Assembly (NCBI RefSeq): GCF_036321535.1
Contig: NC_087437.1
Span: forward strand, 114,764,001-114,828,000
DNA: 64,000 nucleotides
Direction of reading: 5' to 3'
Origin: Camelus dromedarius
Taxonomy: Eukaryota
The notes beneath the pieces were generated by a model. It was given only the letters and a program-made list of their open reading frames with translations, had not been told where the DNA came from and made no database searches. The first letter of the stretch is position 1, and each line of letters begins with the position of its first letter. This document shows positions 24,246 to 35,845 of the stretch, in pieces. The translations under genes were made by a program, and so were the position numbers.

Positions 24246-27200
24246 AAGAAATGTTTGTCAAACACGTGGGTCCCGGAGGAAACGTCAGGGAACAAAACAG
24301 ACAAAGCTCTCTGCCCTCCTGGAACTTGCATTCTGGTTAGGGGAGACCCACAATAAGACTGGTAAACACACGTTAGAAGATGACTGTGGAAGAAAACAAG
24401 GTGTGGGGTGTTGGGAGAGCTGGTGGTGACTAGGTTGCAGCTTCAAATGGGAAGGGCCTCTCTGAGGAGCCGCAGCAGAACACAGGAGAGGGCGAAGAGG
24501 AAAGTGGTCAGATCAGCGGTCCTCGGTTTTCCCAGAAGCAAGGCATCCTCAGCTCCCATCGGATGCATTCTATGTGCAGGCTGGGTGTCTAGGGGTCCCG
24601 GGACTTGGGCTGCTCCTGAGTCGGGGGCGTGAGGACAGCCTGCAGCCCTGCTGGTGTGGAGCCCCACCGTGACTGGAGCTGCCCCCACCCCAGCTGCCCA
24701 GCCTCCCGTGTCTCCTCTTCTCACCTCTGGGGGTGGGCCTGACCCCTGCCTGGGCATTCTCTCTGGGGATGCAGGTGGATGGTCCAGACCAGGCTGAGGT
24801 GGACCACTGCAGCCACTGTCACCAGGGCCAGGAGGTGCCCTGTCATATTCCAGGAAGAGTGAAATCTTTCAGGGGTGGAAATCTCTGGTCCAGCTCTTAT
24901 CCCAGATCAGAGGCACAGGTCACCCAGCTGTTAACTCCACTTCCTGCTTCTAAACCAATTCTTCGGCGGAGAGAGAAAAGTGCTCTCACTAAGCTGGAGC
25001 CCTGACAGAAGTCCTGGTTTTCCCTCCAGGTTTGGCTCGGAAAGACGCTATGTAGCCACAAGCCCTGCCCTTTTACAAAGCTGAGCAACAGGCAGTAATG
25101 ATGGCGGGGGTCCGCACGCTGCCTCTGCTCAGCGCCCAGAATGACCTGATGTCTCCTGACATAGAAGGTTACCTGGAGAGGCATTTCAAGTGTAAGGACA
25201 CGTCTGAAACGGCTCCAGGTCCCTCTGCCCTTGGTCAGCACCCTCGGCCGGTGGGAGAAGTGCTGCCTGGCTGGAGCTCAGTCCCCGGGGCCGCGTTCCC
25301 CGACCCGCCGCCTCTCCCCGCGTCTCCTCCTGCCCGCGCACGCAGGGCCTGGCTGCGCACCCGGTCGCCAGCGGTGCTTTACCAGCAAAACAGAGTCCGT
25401 CCGAACCAACTCAAGGCTCGGCTCGTATGGGTGAGGGAGACGCCCAGCCAGGCGCACGCATTTTAAAAAATTCAGAGATTCAACGGGCAGTCAGCGTTAA
25501 GAACCACAGGTCGGAGATTTCTGAGATCTGGAAGATACATCAGCGAAGGGCGGTGGTTAGAATTCTTTGAGCTCCTTGATTTCATGAAGAACCTCCATAT
25601 TCAACTACCCAAGAAGAGGCTGAGTCTTGAAGAAAACTTAGCCACCCAGCTCCAGGGTCACTCTGCTTCTAATCCAGAAGTTACAGGACTGAGTAGATGC
25701 TGTCATGGGAGCCCCGCACCCCGGTCAAATGACGCCCAGCCTCCGGAACGGGATTTAGGGAAGTGATGAATGTCAGCTCCTAATGGAGCGAGTTCTCCCC
25801 CGAGCCACTGGGGGGCGATATTGCTAGGCCTTTCGCTCCACTGTCAAATTTATTAACTAATTTCATGTATTTTTAATCCCGTCGTTATGGAAGTAGTATA
25901 TTATCTATTACCATACATTTTTCATGTTTATTACTTTCCATATAATTAAATGCTATTTTGGTTTTTCCAGAGAGTTCTGTAAATCCTTGTCCTGTGCTGA
26001 CTGACTCAGCACTCCAGGAGAACTTCACATACGTACAAGATAGATTTAAAAAGTATTTATGTTCAATGTAGCCAAAGGCATAATGGGTTTGAAGACACTC
26101 ACCTCAAAAAAGTTTTTAAATTTTTAAACCAAAAAAAGAGTCTTAATGACATTTTTCTACACTTTCAACAAATGTCATATCTGCTATACCTCACAGCTCT
26201 ACAAAGATCTGTGCACGAAGATTTGTTGCAGTATTTCGAAATGGAAGGCAAGAGTGGCAATCAGCTAAGTGCCTACCGAAAGGAGATGAATTAAATCACA
26301 GCAGAGCTACACGACACGTAATGCAGCTGTTGGCTGGACCACGTGGACTGCTGTGGAAAGATGTTCAGTGTAAAAACCGAGGTGAAGTCTGATGTATTTA
26401 TCACGCTCCCTGCGAACTGACAAGGGACTGACCCAAGAGGCTCCAGGACAAGCAGGCGCTGTGCTGGGACAGGAGGAGTGTTTATCTTCGGACCTTATCC
26501 CTGGGGGCAGAGCAGGAGGGGGGCCTTCTGCTTAGGACGTTCAAGGCCCTTCCAGTTTCAGCTTTCAATCCAGCACATAATAATTTTAGCCCCTATACCA
26601 CATGCTGGTGTGTGGAAGGCTGGCAAGGGAGCTGTCCTTGATGGTGGCCGGGAAACTTAGGCCAGAAGCCAAATGAAGGTTCTCCCTCTGATGTGGCTGA
26701 GAGTTGGACTGGTCCCCGCCAGACGGAGCAGGTGGTCCTGAGGGGCAGCGGTGGTGAAGGCAGGGGCAGCGGGGGCGGTGGTGGAAGACCTGTTATTCAA
26801 AGCACGTCACATAGGCTGACGTGAGGGATGATATTTAAGCTGAGACTTGAAATATGAGGAGGGGTGGGCTGAAGAAACAGCCAGAAAGGCCTCAAGGTGG
26901 GAAAGCCTGGCCTGTTTCAGGAACAGGCAGACAGAAAGACAGACGGACACCCTCGTGGCTGGAGCTCTGTGAACCAGCTGGTGGATGGTGTGTGATTCAG
27001 GACAGGGGCTGTGGAAAGGAGCCTGAATGTGTTCAAAGTGCAAAGGGAAACCCTTGCAGTGACCCGCTCTCCCCTTTAGGAAGAGCCTCCTGGACGTGAC
27101 GTGGAGAATGGATTGCACAGGGAACTGCAGGCAGGAGGCTACGGCGACAGTCCAGGTGGGTGATGGGCACAGGGTGGGATGGGGGGGCACACTTGAGCAT

Positions 27201-28861
27201 TCTGGAGAGGATGATGATGACTGCAGGGGCTCCAACTCTACTGTAAATTACTGAGTTATTCACTGATGATGTGAAATTCTAAGACTGCACTGCCGGTAGA
27301 CCTTAGAGATTTGAGTTTCAGATCTAGAAGAAGCCAGTCTCATGGTCTCCCTCATGTCTGTCCAATTTCCTAAGAGTTTCTTATCTCTTCTTCCAGGAAA
27401 AGTAGGGTCTGTGGCTCAGGAGGGGTGGGTGCCCACTCTGGCTGAACGAGGGGCAGGTGCTGAACTGGCTTCCAGGAAAACAGAGCCCGGGGATCAGGCC
27501 CCTGACTGCCACCCACAGTTTTGCTCCTGCAATTCAGCCTCCTCCCAGCTAGGGGTGCCACGCCCTGCTGCTTCATCTCCCTCAGCCTCAGCTTGGACCC
27601 TTCCGGTGACAGGCAGCTCACCACAGTGTAGAGACGCCTGCTCCATTTCCGCTCAGCCTAGGTCGACAGTTCTCCCAGCTATGGAGTCAAACCTGGCCCT
27701 TTTTAGGCCCATCAGAGCAGCCTGCACCCTCTTTCCACTATTTCCCAGAACACCACCTCCTCGTTTGGGGCTCTCTTTTCCAGGCTAACCACGTTTCAGG
27801 AAGAGTAGGACCTCCTAATGTGTAAGTTGCCAAACCGCCACTCTGCCCTGGGGAGTGGAAACCGCGTCAGCAGAGGAGGAAATGACAGCTTTGTGGAGCA
27901 GCCTGGCCTGAGTGACAAAACCGGGTCTGTCTGGTCCCGGCTCTGGCCATGAGTCACTGGCTATTTTTACTTCTAAGGCTGGAGCTTCAGCTTAATCGGG
28001 GGCTCCTGTTTCCTGGCTGATGAAGCAGATGGAAGGAACATGATCTGGCCACACAGAGGCCTCTGCAAAATGCAGGGTGCCTGGGGCGCTGGGGGGACGC
28101 TGACGGCGAGCCCAGCGCGGCCAGGCGGACACCAGCTCCGTGTTCTGGGGCCTCACAGGCACCGTGTGGCCTTCGTCTTCATCTTCCTGTTGGTTTCTTG
28201 TGCTGATCTCTCAGCAGCGTGGGGAAGTGTGCAACCAGAGCTCTCTTTTCCAGTGCGAGGTGGGTTTTCATCTTGTGCTTAACTGAATGAGAAGGTTTAA
28301 AGTAGGCCCTTAGTGGAGACACCCGCAGATGCCACCTTTGGGCGGGAAATGGGTGTCTTTGGGCAGGAACCATTCAGGACTCAGCTCTGTGATGCTGGAG
28401 GCATCAGGACTGGTCATTCCTCACGGGGTCTCCTTTCTTTCTCTGGACGTGCCCACTTCAGACCTTAGTGCTGGCGGAATCTGCAGTGGAGGTCTTGGGG
28501 TGAGCTCTGCAGAGCCCAGAATGTTCTGTGAGGGCTGCAAACACACTGGGTGGGACCTCAAGGGGGAGATGGAGCCCACGGCCCTCTGCCTAGCTCCACC
28601 AGACAGCCCCTCCTGGCTGCTGGGGTGCATCTTCTGGGCTCCCCTTGGCAGAAAGGGGGCAGCTCCGGACCCAGAGAGCCGGCCTGGAGTCCCGGTGCAT
28701 CCCTGCACAGCTGGGGCCGTGGACAAATTACGAGGCCTCGCTGCACCTTAGTTTCTCTTGGGAAACATGAAGGGTCCAGTAGCACTTTTCTCCTCAGTTC
28801 CGTAAGGATGAAATGAGATGGTGTGGGGCTTTCCACACAGTTGGTGCTCGTTGGGGGTCCG

Positions 28862-29267
28862 TGTTGGTGAGATAAAATTCATATTTTATGGCAAGACAAG
28901 AAAATTTAAACATAAAATTTTTCTGAGCTCGTTTGGGCCTCCTCCCTCCCCTTCAGTGTCTGTTGTGGATCTGTATTACCCAGACCTCCTTAGGGGATAA
29001 CCTTCCTTCTTAATCTGGTAAGGGGTCACGATGACACACTACTGACTGTACGTGCAGACCTGGGCCGTGTAAACTGTCAATAATACATCATTTGAGGTAT
29101 AACTCTTTGTCTCAAAACCTTATATAACTATGCTTTGACCTCTAATGAGCAGAAGACTCCTCAGTGCTTTCTAAAAGGCTGTCTCTCAGGTTATAATCCT
29201 CAGGTTGGCGTGAATAAAATTTTCCGTTTCTTTTTTAGATCAACCACTGATTAATTTTCCATCAACA
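28862..29267 (+). mobile_element. ERV1-type 5' LTR
   Basis: TG...CA ends, TATATAA at ~29121, AATAAA at 29213-29218, followed by ERV internal-like sequence. Confidence 0.7.
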
Positions 29268-32200
29268 TCTGCATGATATTGGAGATACCCACCAGAGGAC
29301 ACTTGGAGCCTCCCCCACGTGGCAGTGGGTACCAGCCCAGGTCCACTGAGCCCCACTGGCTTCTTGGCACTCCTCAGGTGTCCTGGGGAGTTTTCCTATC
29401 CACACACCATTGCTTTAAGTGAAGAGCCCTCCAATTTCATTCTAGCTGTTTTATCTTAAGACTTAGCGTCTGCAGGGGCACAGGTATACGTCCTAGGCAG
29501 GGGCTTAGAGGGATTTGGGCGGGAAGCCCAGAGAAATATAGGTGGCTGGGCTTTTGTTAAATCTGGCTCAAATTGAAAAAAAAAAGTTGATATATGGTCT
29601 GAACAAAATTTTTGCTAGCAAAATTAAAGACTGAATTAATTCAGCTCTGAAGAACAAGGGACACGTGCTCCTTCCAGGCACAAGGTGTGCGCAGGTGACT
29701 GAGAACCTAGTGGAAGTGTCTGAGGCTCAATCCTTGTGATGTGGAGCGGTCCTACAGGTGAACCCCACTACAGCCATCAAGTAAGTACAGCTCTTCCGGG
29801 GCCACGTGATATAAAGACCGATCATCTTGTGCTCCGAGCGCCCACAGCTGTTTTAGACCATTGGAGGAAGAAACTGAGACACATAAAAGAGTCGAACTTG
29901 GGGAGTGGGACTCAGACGCAGCACACATCTGACCCACTACATTGTCCTCAGAAAGTGGTTCCAATCATGTTTCATATCTGAATCAGGCTACCAAATTGAC
30001 AATGGGAAATTGTGCCTCAAAGGCCAAACAGCTTCTGGACACACGGACACCTATGGGAATACCGGCTGGGCTTATGTATGCTTGCAAGCAGTTAATTGGG
30101 AATTAAAGGAAATCCCACCCAGAAATGGCCAAGCTGGGGTGTCAGTCTCCTGGATCCCTGCCTGCAGGGTCTCCTGAAAACTAGAATGGCATTTATTTCA
30201 GTTGACATATGTATGCTGTAGATATGTGGTATTGCCAAAATTAATTTGTGAGAGAGCTCTACTTAATTGGACTAAATAAAATTAAGTATTTAAATAAGTA
30301 CTCAGAAATATAAAAGAAACTAACCCAAATGAATTTTGGGACCATTTAATCTAGGATTAATTTTAATGAATGAAAACAAGTTTGTTGGTTTAATTAATAC
30401 AGACATGTCTTTAGAGTCATCAACATTAAGTGTAATACTTTCATGTAGGTTTACAAGAAATCAAATAAGGTCTTATTATTCCTGTTACAAAATTTGTCAG
30501 CAAAAAATAACTTGATATGATGAAACTTTTAGGTAAATAAAATAGAGATAAATGAGAAGAGATTTTAGGAAACCTCTTTAGGAATAATTATGTTTGAGGA
30601 ATGTCTATTCAAAATAGTCTCTGCAGATTTTGTTAACTTGAAACTATATAGTTTTGCTAAGTTAAAGTAAATAATGGGAATTCATTGACTATCCAGATCA
30701 TTTCCAAATAAGATACTAGAACATTAGTTACTGAATGTAGGCTTCCTTTTACAGAGAAACTAAAGATATTTAGGACTATTAATAAATATGTTTGATGCCA
30801 CACTAAGACATTTTCTGTTAAAAAAAAAAAAGCACATGTTTTCTAGAAACCATACGTAGTATTTAAAAAGTTTGCTTATCTATAGAATGCTAATATAAAA
30901 AACAGTTCATAATTACTTCCTTTTTAGTTTTTACTAGAAACTAAGGTTTTACAGTTAAAAATTCTAATTAAAATATGTAATTAAAACTACTAAAATTTAA
31001 GAAAGAAAACATCTTTGTATGCAAGAAAAAAGAAGGTATGAAGAATGGAAATGCAGTTTGTTAAGGGAAAATCAAGGAATTTTGTCCTAGAACTGGTTGT
31101 TTCTGGATGGAAAAGAAAATAAGGGACAAAATTATACGGATACAGAAAGGTATGGAAGATTTATGGAAAAGGCAACACTGGGAAAACAATTTTGTGCATG
31201 GCCAGGTTAGCACTGGATTGAATTAAGTAAATAAATTTTGTTATTAAGAGCAACTGATGTAAGACTGTTATTTTCTCTCTATTAAGAGAAAGTTTTCTTA
31301 GAATATTGAGCTGCTTTTGATAGCAGATCATGAGTTTCTTTGCCTTTTATCTATCGCAAACTTTGAAATCTTTTGTCATTTAGTTAAGTGCGTAAGTATT
31401 GTTCCACAGCGACTTATGACCCTATTTGACCAGGTGTTTTAAAATTTTGATATTTTGCACAAAAGTTCTTTTGACCTCTAGCTAACATTGGGATGCTTCA
31501 GAGGCAGCCCCTGAAGCATCTCAGAGAGAAGAATATTAAACTAATTAGGCTTTATTTAGTATGTTAAATTATAAGGGAAGCATTGTAAAATGAGTGGTGA
31601 TAAACCTTCTTAGGCTATATTGTATGAGTAAATGTCATTAATATAAATGTTTTGGAAATTATATGGAATTTCTAAAAGTTGAAAATGTCCTGGTAAAATG
31701 TTATCAGTCAGAATTCTAGTAATTATCTTAAAATGTATGCCACAGCAATAATGAAGTTTCTTTATCTGTTGCATTGTAATCAGATCTTTAACTTTGCCTT
31801 TTTAAGTCTTCTGTCATTTACAGACAATTATTGTTCTACTCTGATGCTTTAGAAAAAAAAAAGCTTCATCTTAAAAAAGATTCCTAAAAAGGACTTTTTG
31901 ACAAGTATAGGTTTCTGATAACTTTCAGATGATACTGCTGAAATGGGTAAGAAATTAAAGAATTCTAATGGAAAAACTGATGGCTTCATAAAACTTAAGA
32001 GAAAATTGAGGTGAAGAATTAGTCACATAGGACTGAGCAAACGGATGAATATGGTTATACTACATTTTTGTCTGAAATTCTGCTGGTTTTTAATCTGTGT
32101 TATCCAGATAGGGAAATTTTTCCCCTCAAATTAATTATGACTTACTGCAATTTGATAAATTATACCTTTGTAAGAAGAATTAAAACATTTGTCTTTTCTC

Positions 32201-32477
32201 TCTATCTGAACCCTCCAGAAATTGGACATTCTTAGGTTCTCAGTAGCTTTATCAGGTGAACAAGGAAGGCCACCTCCTAACAGGTGCAGGAATCTCGAAG
32301 TATTTCAGGGGCCTTGAAAAGAGAGAAGTTCACCCAAATCTGTAGATACTGCAGGTGGAATCTGCGACAAGCCCTGGATGTGGCTTTCCTGGCCTTGAGA
32401 GGTCCTTTAAAGATTCAATCTGAGATTCCTTAGAAAAAGTTCTAGCACAGCCAATTTCAAAGAGCCCATGTGGTCAG

Positions 32478-32808
32478 ATTTTTAGGGCAATGAAATTATC
32501 CTGTATGATACTGTAGTGATGGCTACATTATCATTATACATTTGTCAAAGCCCACAGAATGTACAGCGTCAAGAGTGAGCCCTAATGTAAACTATGCACT
32601 TTGGTTGATAATAATATGTCCATGTTAGTTCACTGATTGTACCAAATATGCCACACTGATGAGGGATTTTTGAGGATAGGGGAGTATATATGTTTGGTTG
32701 GGGAGGGCTATGTGTGAACTTTGTGTATTTTCTGCTCAATTCTGCTATGAACCCGAAACTTCTCTAAAACATAAAGTCTATTAATAATAAAAGAAAAAAG
32801 ACACACAA
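32478..32808 (+). mobile_element. L1MC-like 3' fragment inserted in the ERV
   Basis: L1MC-type 3'UTR text; 19-bp TSD AAAGAGCCCATGTGGTCAG (32459-32477) / AAAGAACCCATGTGGTCAG (32809-32827). Confidence 0.8.
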
Positions 32809-32935
32809 AAAGAACCCATGTGGTCAGTTAACCAGACTAAACAAAGTAGTCCTAATTTGGCTGTATCTGGTAGAAATTAGGGTAACTTTAGAGAGAAAAC
32901 ATTAATATTTCAGTGGATATTAAATTCTAGTTTTG

Positions 32936-34027
32936 ATGTGACCAGCAAATTCATACTATACAAATAGCTCATACAACTCAATATCAAAAAACAAACAACC
33001 CGATCAAAAAATGGGCAGAAGACCTAAATAGACATTTCTTCAAAGAAGACATACAGATGGCCAACAGGAACACGGAAAGATGCTCAACATCACTAATTAT
33101 AGGGAAATGCAAATCAAAACCACAATGAGGTTATCACCTCACACTAGTCAGAATGGTTCTCATGAAAAAGTTTACAAATAATAAATGCTGGAGAGGATGT
33201 GGAGAAAAGTGAGCCCTCCTACACTGTTGGTGTAATGTAAAATGTAAATTGGTGTAGCCACTATGGAGAACAGTATGGAGTTCTAAAAAACTAAAAATAG
33301 AACTGCCATATGATCCAGCAATTCCACTCCTGTATATATACCTGGAAAAAATAAAAACTCTAAATCAAAAAGTTACATGTACCTCAATGTTCATAGCAGC
33401 ACTATTTACAATAGAGAAGACATGAAAGCAATCCAAGTGTCCATCAACAGATGATTGGCATAAGAAGATGTGCTACACACACACACACACACACACACAA
33501 TGGAATATTACTCAGCCATAAAAAGAATGAAAATTTGCCATTTGCAGCAACATGGATGAAACTAGGGAATATTATGTTGAGCGAAATAAGTCAAAGAAAG
33601 ACAAATACTATATTATCACTTATATGTGGAATCTAAAAAATAATACAAATGAATCTCTATACAAAACAAACAGACTCACAGACATAGAAGACTTATGGTT
33701 ACCAAAGGAGGGTGGGGCACAAACTAGGAGTATGGAACTAACAGTTAGAAACTACTATACATAAAATAAATAAGCAACAAGGATTTACTGTATAGAGCAG
33801 GGGATTATACCCAATATCTTATAATAAACTATAATGGAATAAAATCCGCAAATAAAAAGGAACAACCCATAAAAAAGAATTACTATGCTGTACACTCAAA
33901 ACTGACACAATGTCGTAAATCAACTGTACTTCAATTTTTAAAAGTATAAAATTCAAATTTAAATATTTAAATTTACCAAAAAAGAAAGATGATCATGTTA
34001 GATTTATTTTTTTTAATGAAATTTTTA
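32936..34027 (+). mobile_element. 5'-truncated LINE-1 inserted in the ERV
   Basis: ORF2 3' part (aaaaatgggcagaagacctaaatagac...) plus 3'UTR; perfect 14-bp TSD AAATTCTAGTTTTG at 32922-32935 and 34028-34041. Confidence 0.9.
33475..33498. repeat. (AC)12 microsatellite
   Basis: Read directly from the sequence. Confidence 0.95.
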
Positions 34028-34192
34028 AAATTCTAGTTTTGTTAATTGAGGTCTGTATTGACTGCCTGAGGCTCACTTCCCAGAAAGCTTCTTATTGTTA
34101 TATCATTATAAAGTATAATTATTAAAATACACTCTAAGTTTGCTTCTGAAGCTCATCACAGTAATTTATCTTTGGATAAAGATCAGATGCCC

Positions 34193-34277
34193 CATGACCT
34201 GCAACCAGGAGATTATGAATACTGGTGAAGACGTCGGATAAAAGACTTTTCAGATACACTGGAAGGGACCATATCAG
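34193..34277 (+). pseudogene. Retroviral integrase C-terminal (GPY/F) remnant
   Basis: Translates HDLQPGDYEYW*RRRIKDFSDT then (frameshift) WKGPYQ, resembling the gammaretroviral pol end; carries a stop and a frameshift. Confidence 0.7.
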
Positions 34278-34394
34278 GCCTCCTCTCTTGAATGAACTGC
34301 AACTGCTGTCTCTGACACCCAGCTTCAACTAAGACCACCACTACCAGATCAGGATGAGAAGATGACGACATCGGAAGCAGACAGCTGACCCAAG

Positions 34395-34865
34395 ATGCCA
34401 GGCCAGGCCTATGTACTAATTACTTTGACAATCGCTCACATTTTTGGTTATGAACCAAATATATTTCTTCCTGGGCCTCAATCATTTTCAAGTTTCAAAA
34501 ATCAATCCAGCTGCTGGGTTTGTGCCCAATTACCTGTGTCTAGTCCTCCTAGGTTACCTTGGTGGATTTCTCATCTCCGACGTTCTAAGTGGATGGCCCT
34601 TAGAAAATTTATTTTAAAAGAAGGACGCTCTAGTGGCATGGAAGCTAATGTTACCGGCAATATCATTAAGTGGGACCCTCTTCCCTGGCCAGTTAATGAC
34701 ACCTGCTCTGAACATGGCCATAAATACTCCTTTTCATTAGATGTTAAGTACTGGGGAGCAAGCCTAATGGGAACCCGCGGATTTATGGAACAAATGTATG
34801 GCCTTGGCGCCTCCCTGTGGTTAGGAAGATGCACAACTGGTTTCCCTTGGGCTCAACAGCCTTAG
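34395..34865 (+). pseudogene. Gamma-type retroviral env (SU) remnant
   Basis: Hydrophobic N-terminus, NQSSCWVCAQLP (CxxC motif), LPWWIS; frameshifted PNG..IYGTNVWPW / WLGRCTTGFP. No TM subunit visible. Confidence 0.7.
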
Positions 34866-35099
34866 AACAGCCGCTGGCAACCAGCCTTTAATTCGAGCAC
34901 ACTGAGTTTCTATTAGTTTTCCTGTAGTATGACTTTTGGGTGTGATATTTGTTAATTCATAACACACATTAAGAATAAAAATCCTGCCCAATGATCATCT
35001 TCCAGTTTAGGGGAAATATGAGGAAAATGGTTTGGTTTAAGAGGATCTTTTTTAAAACTTCACTAATTGACATTGTTACTCCTATCGTCAATTTTGATA

Positions 35100-35845
35100 A
35101 CATCTGTTTTTCAGGGTATTATATACCTCGTAGCGGAATTGTTGGGTCATACGGCATATTGGGTTGAATTATGTCCCTCCAAAAAGGTATGTTGAAGTCC
35201 TAACCCCCAGTACCTCAGAACGTAATTTTTTTTAGAAATAGGATCTTTACAAAGATAATCAAGTTATTGGTCATTAGTGTGGGATTTTATCCAGTATGAC
35301 TGTGTTCTTATAAAAAATGGAAATCTGGACACAGACAGGCATGCACAGAGAGGAGATGATGTAAAGACACAGGGAGGCAATGACCATCAAGGAGCCAAGA
35401 ATGACACCTGGGGTGGGTGCTCCCTTACAGCCCGCAGACAGAACCAACCCGCAGACACCTTGACCTTGGACTTCCACCCCCCAGAACCAGGAGACAATAC
35501 ATTTCTGCTGTCTAAGTTGCCCTGTTTGTGGTACTTTGTTATGGCAGCCCTAAGAAGCCAATACATATGGTAATTCTATGTTTCTATGTTCCATGTCTCG
35601 CTTTTTGAAGAACTGTAATAACTGTTTCCCCCAGAGGCTGTGCATTTTACATTCTCACCAGCAATGTATGAAAGCTCTAATTTCTCCACAATTTCACCAA
35701 CACTTATTTTCATTTTTTTAAAAAAGTTATAGCCTTCCTAGGAGGTGTGTAGTATTATCTCACTGTGGCCTTGACTTATGTTTCACTAATGATTAATGAT
35801 GCTGAGTATCTTGTCATGTGCTCATCGGCCATCTGTGTATCTTCT
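35100..35845 (-). mobile_element. LINE-1 fragment interrupted by a MaLR LTR
   Basis: ggaattgttgggtcata[insert]tatggtaattctatg...cattttacattctcaccagcaatgtatga. Confidence 0.75.
35155..35565 (+). mobile_element. MLT1-type (ERVL-MaLR) solo LTR
   Basis: gggttgaattatgtccctccaaaa...gtggtactttgttatggcagccctaag..aataca; 5-bp TSD TACGG (35150-35154) / TATGG (35566-35570). Confidence 0.85.

Larger units (their letters stand above)
29268..34870 (+). mobile_element. Decayed class I ERV internal region (AT-rich, non-autonomous-like) with nested L1s
   Basis: Follows the LTR; long AT-rich ORF-free stretch ending in integrase-like and env-like remnants. No 3' LTR recognised. Confidence 0.7.
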
